Source: Poseidonia sp.
Lineage (GTDB): Archaea; Thermoplasmatota; Poseidoniia; Poseidoniales; Poseidoniaceae
Direction: 5' to 3'
Assembly (NCBI GenBank): GCA_965661285.1
Contig: CBFIDD010000004.1
Location: forward strand, 69,042 to 133,041
Length of the DNA: 64,000 bases
Positions within the stretch are counted from its first letter, which is position 1; each line of letters starts with the position of its first letter. A program made the translations under genes and the position numbers. This document shows positions 47,305 to 55,300 of the stretch, one piece after another. Under the pieces are notes generated by a model. The model did no database searches, had not been told where the DNA came from, and saw nothing but the letters and a program-made list of their open reading frames with translations.

Positions 47305-49773
47305 ATGGTGTCTCAGGAGGATGGTGGTGAGCCGCCCGCTCCCTCCCCGTCCGAAACTGAACATGACCTGCCGCTGGGCGGGCTGGTCAACGACTTGTTT
47401 GCCATGGAGCCCGATGCAGTGGGCGAAGAAAACGCATCGTCCGCTCCACATTCAATGCGCCATTACAAGCCAAAAGGGCTCTTTTTGGGAACGCGCCGCG
47501 ACACCGGAGAGGCCATTGACATCGCCCCTCAGGTGCTCGCTCGCCACGGCGCCATGCTCGGTTCCACCGGTTCGGGAAAAACGGTCATGGCCAAGGCCCT
47601 CATCGAAGAGGCAGCACTGGCGGGTATTCCCTCCCTCATCATCGACCCGCAAGGCGACTTGGCGCGTTTGGCCCTCGGCATCGACATGGATGATTTGGAG
47701 GAAAAGGACGGTATCGTCGCTCGAGCGAAGCGCCTGCTCGACCGGTGTGAAGTGCGGATTTGGACCCCGCTGCGAAGCAAGGGACTGCCGTTGTGCATCG
47801 ACCCGTTTCGTGCACCTCCCGCCGATTTGGATGCGGAAGAAGCCATCACGGCATGGGACATGGTGGCGGCCGGGTTTGCCAACTTGGCCGGCTATGACGT
47901 GGAAAAAACGCAGGGAAAGACGGTCAAACCCTTCCTTTACGAAATCCTCGTTGAAGGCACCCGTTGTGGTCTTGATGTCGGAGACTTCCAAGCCCTCGCA
48001 CGCGTGGTGCGAGAACCCCATCAAGAATTCACGCGCCACCTGTACCCCGAATGTTTCGCAGATGACGATGAGGACAGAGAAAGCCCGCCGACGTGGAACG
48101 AGGTCATGGCGGAACATCGCCTCACGGATTTTGAGGAGCGGTTGCCAAAGACCACACGCAACGACCTTGCACGACGGCTCGCTGCGTTTTCTTCCGGTGT
48201 CAATCAACTGCTGTTCTCCAACGGGGTGCCCATCGACATCGATGCTTTCGTAGAGCCGGCCGTTCCTGGAAAAATCCCGCTCAACATCGTCTACCTGAAC
48301 ACCATCCAAGACGAGAACCAAAAGCAGTACTTCGTCCAAGAACTCTCCCGGGAACTGTACGATTGGATGCTTACGCAGCAACCCGCTGATGGTGAACTCA
48401 AATTGCTGTTCTTCATGGATGAAGTCGCGCCTTACCTCCCGCCCCACCCGCGAAACCCTCCTGCGAAAGACCTCATCAAACTGATTTTCAAACAGGCCAG
48501 AAAATACGGTGTCGCGTGCGTGCTCGCCACCCAAAACGTCAGCGACGTGGACTACAAGATCCTGGCCCAGGCCAACACCACGTTCATCGGACGATTCACC
48601 CAACCGCAAGACGTCGAAAAAGTCCGGCATTTGCTGAAGGAGAGTGGAGGTGACCAGGATTTGGTGGCCCAGCTCCCCACCCTTGGCCCGGGCCAATTCC
48701 AGATGGTCGCGCCCGACGTGGACGCCAAGCCGGTTCCCATCCAATGCCGTTGGCTCTACACCGACCACGGTGCACCGCTTAACGAAGACCAGGTGGAGGA
48801 CATCATCACGCCAGAAATTCGGGCGTGGGCCAGAACTCGGTCTGCCCGTGGCGGTCCTTCCCGAGGAGCGGGAGCCGCCCACGCCGCAAGTCGGGGCTCG
48901 TCGTGGAGCGGTGGTGATTCGTGGGAGTACGGGGCAGCCGAGAGCATCGTTGAGGCAGCCCGAATCAAATCCGCTGGGGGCATGGCGGCCGCAGGCCATG
49001 GCATCGTGGACGATTCAGCGTTTGAAGTGAAACTCATGGGCGGGCTCGCAGTGCTTCGTGACGGTCGAGACCCCCTCTACACGATGCAGGCGGCGACCAA
49101 CGTGGCGACCGTCCTCGTGCTCGGCTGGGTGATGGCGGCCCTGATGTTGGCATGGCGCGATGCGGACCTCTCGGGTTGGTGGCTTTTGGTCAGTGCAACG
49201 ACCTGTTTGGCGGCTGTGGGCGTGCTGGTGCTCGAGTGGGTGCTTGAACACGATACCGAACTCCTTCAGAAATTGAGTCGCTTTGCTCACACCTTCCAAA
49301 CACTGCAGGTCCTGTGGTTGTGGGTGCTGCTCGGCTGGACGATATGGGGCTCGCTTGACCTGCGAGGCGCTGAGCCCTTCCTTGAGGTGGTCGTGGTGTG
49401 GGTGACCTTGTTCTCCGCCATCGAGTACCTCACGCGATTCCAACTCGGACGCATTCGCTGGAACGGTGGCTCAGCGCTCGACAGAATCGTCGGCGTTTCC
49501 GCCCTGCTGACCAAAGCAGAACTTCGGGAGATGGAAGCCACCTCCCGTGAACTGTTGAGTGCCGTGAGGTGGATGGTGCACGGAGCGACCTTGGTGTGGC
49601 TGTGCTGCCTGCTTGCGTTCCAAAGCGGCGTGCTGCCCGATGATTCACCCCTCTCAACATGGGGAAGGCCCACCCTGTGGCTCGCCTCGGTGTACGGCTT
49701 GATGTTCTGCAGCGAAGCCTGGCTGCGCCAACGAGGTCGCTGGCCAAGCGAACACAATTCCTCAAAGGCTTGA
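47305..49773 (+). CDS. HerA/FtsK/VirB4-family ATPase with C-terminal multi-TM domain
   Basis: Walker A GSTGSGKT, IIDPQGD, Walker B FFMDE, QARKYG, ATQ; about 6 hydrophobic helices in the last 250 aa. Confidence 0.85.
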   Translation: MVSQEDGGEPPAPSPSETEHDLPLGGLVNDLFAMEPDAVGEENASSAPHSMRHYKPKGLFLGTRRDTGEAIDIAPQVLARHGAMLGSTGSGKTVMAKALIEEAALAGIPSLIIDPQGDLARLALGIDMDDLEEKDGIVARAKRLLDRCEVRIWTPLRSKGLPLCIDPFRAPPADLDAEEAITAWDMVAAGFANLAGYDVEKTQGKTVKPFLYEILVEGTRCGLDVGDFQALARVVREPHQEFTRHLYPECFADDDEDRESPPTWNEVMAEHRLTDFEERLPKTTRNDLARRLAAFSSGVNQLLFSNGVPIDIDAFVEPAVPGKIPLNIVYLNTIQDENQKQYFVQELSRELYDWMLTQQPADGELKLLFFMDEVAPYLPPHPRNPPAKDLIKLIFKQARKYGVACVLATQNVSDVDYKILAQANTTFIGRFTQPQDVEKVRHLLKESGGDQDLVAQLPTLGPGQFQMVAPDVDAKPVPIQCRWLYTDHGAPLNEDQVEDIITPEIRAWARTRSARGGPSRGAGAAHAASRGSSWSGGDSWEYGAAESIVEAARIKSAGGMAAAGHGIVDDSAFEVKLMGGLAVLRDGRDPLYTMQAATNVATVLVLGWVMAALMLAWRDADLSGWWLLVSATTCLAAVGVLVLEWVLEHDTELLQKLSRFAHTFQTLQVLWLWVLLGWTIWGSLDLRGAEPFLEVVVVWVTLFSAIEYLTRFQLGRIRWNGGSALDRIVGVSALLTKAELREMEATSRELLSAVRWMVHGATLVWLCCLLAFQSGVLPDDSPLSTWGRPTLWLASVYGLMFCSEAWLRQRGRWPSEHNSSKA

Positions 49774-49789
49774 ACCAGAAGGGCGTACT

Positions 49790-50320
49790 GTGGCTGAACG
49801 GCTTGAAGAACCGGTCTACGAAGTCGTGAGTTCTCACGGCGATTTTGAGGTGCGACGGTACGCTCCCACGGTGCAGGCACGCGTCCAAACCGCTGGGCGG
49901 GACGGCGGGGCAGCCTCCGGTGGTTTTCGGCGTATCGCTGGCTATATTTTCGGCGGAAACAGCGACCGAACCTCCATCGCAATGACAGCCCCGGTCCACA
50001 TGTGGGAAGGGGAAGATTCGGGGTGGATGGCCTTCACGATGCCGTCGGCCTACGCACTTGAGACGCTCCCGACACCCAACGACGCGGGTGTTCGCCTCCA
50101 TCCAACGTCCGCTGCTACGATGGCTGTGGCCCGGTTCAGCGGCCGCACGACGCCTAAGAAAACGGCACGAGTTGAGAATGAGTTGCGCGCCGCGATTGAG
50201 CGAGAAGGCTACGTAGCGGTGGGGCCGGCGGTGCTGGCCGTGTACGAGAACCCGTGGACAACGCTCCCGTTCATGCGCCGGAACGAACTCCACATCGAAG
50301 TTCGTGAATTCAATGCTTGA
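49790..50320 (+). CDS. SOUL heme-binding family protein
   Basis: EEPVYEV...FEVRRY, GFRRIAGYIFGGN, IAMTAPV, PFMRRNE. Confidence 0.92.
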   Translation: MAERLEEPVYEVVSSHGDFEVRRYAPTVQARVQTAGRDGGAASGGFRRIAGYIFGGNSDRTSIAMTAPVHMWEGEDSGWMAFTMPSAYALETLPTPNDAGVRLHPTSAATMAVARFSGRTTPKKTARVENELRAAIEREGYVAVGPAVLAVYENPWTTLPFMRRNELHIEVREFNA

Positions 50321-50358
50321 CCTGATTGTGCTTATCAACCAGCGACCGCTGAATCGCC

Positions 50359-51045
50359 ATGAGCCCCATGGACGACCACGCTTTCATCCCGTTGCAGTGG
50401 GCCGAACGGACGCCAAAGGACATGCTTGCGCTCGCCGAGGCGAATTACGCCGAACTGAGGGGGCGCCGCACGACCCGCCATTTTTCGTCTCGAGACGTGG
50501 ATCGTCGCCTCATCGAATTGGCCATTTTGTCCGGCTCAACGGCACCCAACGGCGCGCATCTCCAGCCGTGGACCTGGGTCGCCATCCGCAGCGAGGAGTT
50601 GCAGGCAAAACTTCGCGATGCGGCTGAGGCCGAAGAGCGGAAGACGTACAGCGAACGCATGCCTGAAGCATGGTCGGAAGTGCTGGCGCCGCTCGGCACG
50701 GACGCCGTCAAAGCCCACCTCACGGACGCACCCTGGGTCGTGGTGCTTTTCAAGCAAAAGAAGCGACAGCGGGACAACGGCGAGTGGGGGCCGACCTACT
50801 ACACCGTTGAATCGTGCGGCATCGCCGCCGGGATGTTCATCCAGGCCGTTCATCACATGGGCCTGGTGACCCTCACGCACACGCCTTCACCGATGGGGTT
50901 CCTGCGGGAACTTCTGGGTCGCCCCAAGCACGAGGAAGCCATGCTCGTCATGCCCGTGGGCTATCCCGCCGATGATGCTGAAGTTCCCGACATTCACCGA
51001 AAAGCGCTGGATGAAGTCGCCATCTTCTTCGACGAGCAGGCTTGA
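50359..51045 (+). CDS. Nitroreductase family, iodotyrosine deiodinase-like
   Basis: RRTTRHFS, TAPNGAHLQPW, EAEERKTY, LAPLGT, VTLTHTPSPM, PVGYP, RKALDE. Confidence 0.8.
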   Translation: MSPMDDHAFIPLQWAERTPKDMLALAEANYAELRGRRTTRHFSSRDVDRRLIELAILSGSTAPNGAHLQPWTWVAIRSEELQAKLRDAAEAEERKTYSERMPEAWSEVLAPLGTDAVKAHLTDAPWVVVLFKQKKRQRDNGEWGPTYYTVESCGIAAGMFIQAVHHMGLVTLTHTPSPMGFLRELLGRPKHEEAMLVMPVGYPADDAEVPDIHRKALDEVAIFFDEQA

Positions 51046-51060
51046 GGAAAGGTCGCGGTG

Positions 51061-51068
51061 TTGATATA
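51061..51068 (+). promoter_or_regulatory. TATA-like box for tRNA-Leu
   Basis: TTGATATA about 25 nt upstream of the tRNA. Confidence 0.5.
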
Positions 51069-51092
51069 CGCGAGGGCAGAGCGAGGGTCGGC

Positions 51093-51176
51093 GCAGGAGT
51101 CGCCCAGCTTGGTCAAAGGCGCTGGGATGAGGTCCCAGTCCGTAACGGTTCGCAGGTTCGAATCCTGCCTCCTGCA
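51093..51176 (+). tRNA. tRNA-Leu (GAG)
   Basis: Acceptor GCAGGAG/CTCCTGC, anticodon stem CTGGG/CCCAG around GAG, long variable arm, GGTTCGAATCC. Confidence 0.95.
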
Positions 51177-51278
51177 CTCTTCGCGATGAACATCAGCGCA
51201 GGACAGGATGAAATCGCAGTCCGTAGCGGTTCGCAGGTTGGAACGCTGCCCTCTGTACGCTTCGTGATGAACATCTGC
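51125..51278 (+). repeat. Degenerate tandem duplication (81-bp period) of the tRNA-Leu 3' half plus trailer
   Basis: 51125-51197 versus 51206-51278 share GGATGA, CAGTCCGTA.CGGTTCGCAGGTT.GAA and CTTCG.GATGAACATC.GC. Confidence 0.88.
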
Positions 51279-51391
51279 CTAAGGCGAGAAGACGGACGCG
51301 CACCTCTTCTCTATACCACCCTATACTCCTCAAAATTCCATGACGAGGATTCAAAAAGGGAAGAAAAAGCAAGACATTTGGGGATGGTCTC

Positions 51392-52132
51392 TTGAGCAAT
51401 GAAGACCGAGGAATTTTGATCGCCGTCGAAGGCATGGACGGCAGTGGAAAATCCACGCAGGCCATGCTCCTGTTCAACTGGATACATGCCCTCGGCCTTC
51501 CCGTCCACCACACCGAATGGAACTCCAGCCCCGTTGTCGCAGCAGCAACCAAGGTCGGAAAAGATACCAAGCGGTTGAAACCGTTGACCTTCCATCTCAT
51601 TCACGCCGCTGATTTCGCAGACCGATGGAGCAAACAAATTGAGCCCATGCTCGAGGTGGGTGGCATCGTCATTTGCGACCGATACAAGTTTACTGCGATG
51701 GCTCGTGATGGGGCGCGAGGCGTTGAGAGAACCACCATTGAGGGAAATTATTCCTATGCGCGAGAGCCTGACATTACCCTGTATTTTGATATCCCGCCCG
51801 AGGTGGGTTACGACCGAATCGTGACGGGCCGACCAACGCTGAAGTTTTACGAGGCCGGACTCGACATGGGGTGGACGTTTGACCCGTTCGAATCCTACAA
51901 AATTCTCCAAGGAAAAATCAAGGACGTCTATGACGGGTTGGTCAGCGAGGAACGTATTGTCCGAGTGGATGCCATGGGGACGGTTGCCGAGGTTCAAACT
52001 CGGGTTCGTGCACTGATTTCCGAACACATCGACTTCAGCAGCATTGACCCCATTGATGAAAACGACCGGACCGCCGAAATGATTCGTATGTCATCGTTTG
52101 ACTGGGGTGCGCTTGAGGAGGACGAAGTATGA
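51392..52132 (+). CDS. Thymidylate-kinase-like protein; candidate PPK3 catalytic subunit
   Basis: Intact P-loop EGMDGSGKST, TEWNSS, HAADFADR, ICDRY, KFYEAGLD. Confidence 0.8.
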   Translation: MSNEDRGILIAVEGMDGSGKSTQAMLLFNWIHALGLPVHHTEWNSSPVVAAATKVGKDTKRLKPLTFHLIHAADFADRWSKQIEPMLEVGGIVICDRYKFTAMARDGARGVERTTIEGNYSYAREPDITLYFDIPPEVGYDRIVTGRPTLKFYEAGLDMGWTFDPFESYKILQGKIKDVYDGLVSEERIVRVDAMGTVAEVQTRVRALISEHIDFSSIDPIDENDRTAEMIRMSSFDWGALEEDEV

Positions 52133-52800
52133 CAACCGAAGGCAAGCTCATCGTGATCGAAGGACCCGACCACGTCGGCCGCTCCATGCACACTCGTTTG
52201 CTGAGTGAGCGACTCAAAGCTCATGGCGTCGCCGTTTCCATCGTCGGTCTCGCCCGCTCAACGCTGTTAGCAGGCCTCATCAAGAGTTCGAACACGGCGC
52301 TGCATCAACTGAATTGGAGGACACGAGCCTTGCTTTACGCAACCGACCTTCACGACCAGTACATCCACCAAATCCAACCCCTTCTGGCGGCCGGTTTCGT
52401 CGTCATCGCCGACCGCTATACGATGACACCGCTGATTCGAGAATCCATTCGCGGCGGCGACGAAGACTGGATTCGTGGTTTGTACAGCGACCTACCTCAA
52501 CCCGATGTAACCGTGGTGCTCCAAGCCGGTGGTCGCCGCCTGCTCAACCGCATGATGTACAACGAATCGCTAACCAAACTCAACCACTACGAAGCCGGTG
52601 CCGATATGGCCCTCTCGCCCTCCATCACCCGATCGTTTTTGGAATACCAAAAACTCCTTCGAAAGGCCTTCATGGACAAGGCGGACCAAAGCGGCTATCC
52701 CATCATTCACACACGCGAGAAAGTCGAGGATGTTCACGCAGCGATTTGGACGCACGTCAAACCGTGCGTGGCTGACATGCTCCAATCCATCAAGAAATGA
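52129..52800 (+). CDS. Thymidylate-kinase-like paralog with degenerate P-loop; candidate PPK3 partner subunit
   Basis: EGPDHVGRS (Lys to Arg), LYATDLHDQ, IADRY, HYEAGAD; ATGA-coupled to the upstream gene. Confidence 0.8.
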   Translation: MTTEGKLIVIEGPDHVGRSMHTRLLSERLKAHGVAVSIVGLARSTLLAGLIKSSNTALHQLNWRTRALLYATDLHDQYIHQIQPLLAAGFVVIADRYTMTPLIRESIRGGDEDWIRGLYSDLPQPDVTVVLQAGGRRLLNRMMYNESLTKLNHYEAGADMALSPSITRSFLEYQKLLRKAFMDKADQSGYPIIHTREKVEDVHAAIWTHVKPCVADMLQSIKK

Positions 52801-53245
52801 GCGACGACAACGGTATTCTCAACTGCGGGATTTCAACATCAATGCAATGTTTTGATGACTTGGGCTTCATAAGAAGACTGTTCGTGGCCATCTGCACCAC
52901 CAACGCCTTGCTGACGGATTTCGCAGGAGCAGGGGGCCACGCCTCCACTGCAATGCGTTCATCGTCCTGATAGTCAAACACGAGGGCGGGTACGCGCTTC
53001 AATCCCAAACGGAGGCTGGCTTGATGCCGGTGATGGCCGTCGAGTATCGTCATGGTTTTTCGGTCAACAAGCAACGGCTTGTGAAAGAAACCGTTGCGTT
53101 GAATTTTTTCAGTCATCTCCTCAACGCGCCAGGGGAGGGTTTGTTCATGAGGCCGCAGCCGACCGACATCCACAAATTCCCACGACATGGAAGCCAGTGG
53201 GAGAAGGCCGTTGATAGCCCTTCGGTTTGCCGGTGGTGCCATCAT
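52790..53245 (-). CDS. Stand-alone ParB/Srx N-terminal domain protein
   Basis: LRPHEQ, PLLVD, ILDGHHR, RVPA; no HTH; ATGA overlap with the glycosyltransferase (alternative start 53188). Confidence 0.8.
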   Translation of the reverse strand: MMAPPANRRAINGLLPLASMSWEFVDVGRLRPHEQTLPWRVEEMTEKIQRNGFFHKPLLVDRKTMTILDGHHRHQASLRLGLKRVPALVFDYQDDERIAVEAWPPAPAKSVSKALVVQMATNSLLMKPKSSKHCIDVEIPQLRIPLSSLIS

Positions 53246-54366
53246 CCGCCGGCGGCCAATTCAAGACGGTGGTGAGGTGCGTCAACGCTCGGCTGATGGT
53301 CGCGAAGTTGGTTCAAAAACGAGCAAATAATCTCTACAGCTTGTTGGCAGCCGTTCTGTATGATTGGGCGGGGCCCGGGCGCTTTCAGCCGCTGAAGGAC
53401 CTCGTCGAGTTGAGCGGTGGACGTTGAACGAGGATGAACGACTTCAACATGTGGAAAGGTGTTGGTCGCCAGCGCACCGTTGATTTCCTGTTCGACTTGC
53501 CCGGGTTCCGGGAAACAAAGTGAAGGGAGACCGAGACAGCCGACCTCGCCGAGCAGTTGCGTACCAGCGGTTTGAACAATCCAATCCGCAGTCACCAAAT
53601 CTTCGATGAATCCATCGTTGGAAATGGGTCGAACCTCCACGTTTGCAGGTACCTCGTCGGGGTAGTGCCCGTAGAGTTTGAGCATCAAACCGTGTGATTC
53701 CGCATGCGAAGCAAGGGCAGGCAGATGGTGCAGCACGCTGTGACGGAGATATGCGATGGCGTGGGTGCCTGCCGGGCGCCATGAATCCATGGTAAACTCA
53801 GGGCGAAGCATCGGGCCGAGGAGATGTGCAGATGGTTTGTTGGCCTCCAAATTGAAGCCTTTTGAGACGAGACTGAGGTCGGGGCGGGGAGCAAAGACAC
53901 GACACATGATTTTGATTGGAAGGAGTTTCAATCGCTGCCTTCGATTCAGGAGATGCTTCAATTTCGCATCGATTGCAAATCGTTGAGAATTAAAGGAAAT
54001 TAACGGCACACCGAGGCGGCGTGCAACACCTGCAAAGGTGGGTTCAAAATCGGTGATCAAGGCGTCTGGGCCCCATGTGCGAAGCTGTTCAATGGCGGCC
54101 TTTCGTCGTTGACGATGTCCGAGAAAAAAACGCAGAGATCCCAAGCCCGTACGGAGATAGGACACACGATTTCGCACGATGACAAACCTTGGTGTTTCAA
54201 GATGGTGCACCGCTTCTTCGCCAAAACGTTCTCGAAGAAGGTCAATAGCATCACCGCACGTGAAAAACATCACTTCGTGCCCTTGGGCGATGAGCCCATC
54301 GGCGAGTGTGAGGGCTCGCGTGGTGTGACCTCGGCCCTCGCCTGCAAGCGCGTAAGCGATCTTCAA
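53242..54366 (-). CDS. GT-B glycosyltransferase (MJ1255/VC2487, GT28-like)
   Basis: KIAYALAGEGRGHTTR, PDALITDFEP, GPMLR, TAGTQLLGE, PGQVEQEING; TTG start overlapping the upstream stop. Confidence 0.85.
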   Translation of the reverse strand: MKIAYALAGEGRGHTTRALTLADGLIAQGHEVMFFTCGDAIDLLRERFGEEAVHHLETPRFVIVRNRVSYLRTGLGSLRFFLGHRQRRKAAIEQLRTWGPDALITDFEPTFAGVARRLGVPLISFNSQRFAIDAKLKHLLNRRQRLKLLPIKIMCRVFAPRPDLSLVSKGFNLEANKPSAHLLGPMLRPEFTMDSWRPAGTHAIAYLRHSVLHHLPALASHAESHGLMLKLYGHYPDEVPANVEVRPISNDGFIEDLVTADWIVQTAGTQLLGEVGCLGLPSLCFPEPGQVEQEINGALATNTFPHVEVVHPRSTSTAQLDEVLQRLKAPGPRPIIQNGCQQAVEIICSFLNQLRDHQPSVDAPHHRLELAAGG

Positions 54367-55217
54367 GCCAAGGCCTCCATGAGCCTTGATGAAGCATTCT
54401 CGAGCGCCAACGGGGGTTCCACCTCTGCCAGTCGCTGCGCTGCGCGGGTTCGCAAGGCCTGAATGGTGGACGTCGATGGAGCGTAGTGGAGAATGCCCAT
54501 CGTGCCGTCCATGGCTTCCGTTGTGGCGGTACAGGATTCCACCCAATCGCCGTCGTTCCAGTACTCAATCCCGTTGATGGTTCGAAATTCGGCACGATGA
54601 ATATGGCCACAGACGACCCCATTATAGCCTGCTCGTTGGGCGGCCTCGGTCACGGTTTCAGCGAACCTTCGGTAGGTTTTGCTGCTCTTTTGCAGTGCCC
54701 GCCTCGCAGCCGCAGCCAACGACCACGGTCGCATCCCCAAGCGATGGCGTACCCAAGCGACGGGGCGATTTAATTTCATCAGAAACTGACAGGCGATGTG
54801 CCCGAGATGGCACAACATTTTGCTGTGGCGCATGAACAAATCAAACTCATCGCCGTGAATCACCCACAAACGACGACCGTCTGCCGTGGTGTGCACTGCG
54901 TCTCGTTGGACCGAAATCCCATTGATGGAGGCATTGGCCCAAGCTCGAAAACTGTCGTCGTGGTTTCCAGGGATGTAAATCACATTGGTGCCGCGTTCGG
55001 CCTTCTGCATCAGGTTCCGGAGAATGTTGTCGCAGTCTTCGTTCCACGACCATTTGCGCCCCAAAACCCACTGGTCGATGATGTCGCCGACAAGATAGAT
55101 CGTTTCGGCGTCGTGGGTCTCAAGAAAAGCAAGCAGTTCAGCGGATTTGACGCCGTTAAGCCCAAGATGCCAGTCAGAGAGGAAGAGCGTCCGGTAATGT
55201 TCGGTCGAAACGTCCAG
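54363..55217 (-). CDS. PlcP/LpxH-like calcineurin-fold metallophosphoesterase
   Basis: In-frame SDWHLG and LVGDIID upstream of the track start, then PGNHD, IHGDEFD, VCGHIH, NDGDWVES; start taken as CTG 55217. Confidence 0.82.
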   Translation of the reverse strand: MDVSTEHYRTLFLSDWHLGLNGVKSAELLAFLETHDAETIYLVGDIIDQWVLGRKWSWNEDCDNILRNLMQKAERGTNVIYIPGNHDDSFRAWANASINGISVQRDAVHTTADGRRLWVIHGDEFDLFMRHSKMLCHLGHIACQFLMKLNRPVAWVRHRLGMRPWSLAAAARRALQKSSKTYRRFAETVTEAAQRAGYNGVVCGHIHRAEFRTINGIEYWNDGDWVESCTATTEAMDGTMGILHYAPSTSTIQALRTRAAQRLAEVEPPLALENASSRLMEALA

Positions 55218-55300
55218 ATGCTCCCCTCAACTCGCAGAGGGTTCAGAAGGCAATAGTGTCGTCGGAGGAATATTGTGTATGCCTATAGAGAGATATGGAT

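Noticed and set aside
47452-48999. 515-aa - strand ORF (also 43201-44487, 23243-24379, 62393-63373 and similar)
   Set aside because: Antisense to motif-rich genes; expected from GC-rich codon bias; no motifs of their own
51198-51278. Second functional tRNA
   Set aside because: No D-arm or 5' half; anticodon arm, T-loop and acceptor pairing are broken
52790-53245. Chromosome partitioning ParB
   Set aside because: No HTH or dimerisation domain, no parA, no parS-like repeats
54363-55217. True LpxH / lipid A synthesis, or bacterial contamination
   Set aside because: No other lpx genes; contiguous with clearly archaeal genes; context and motifs fit PlcP-like better
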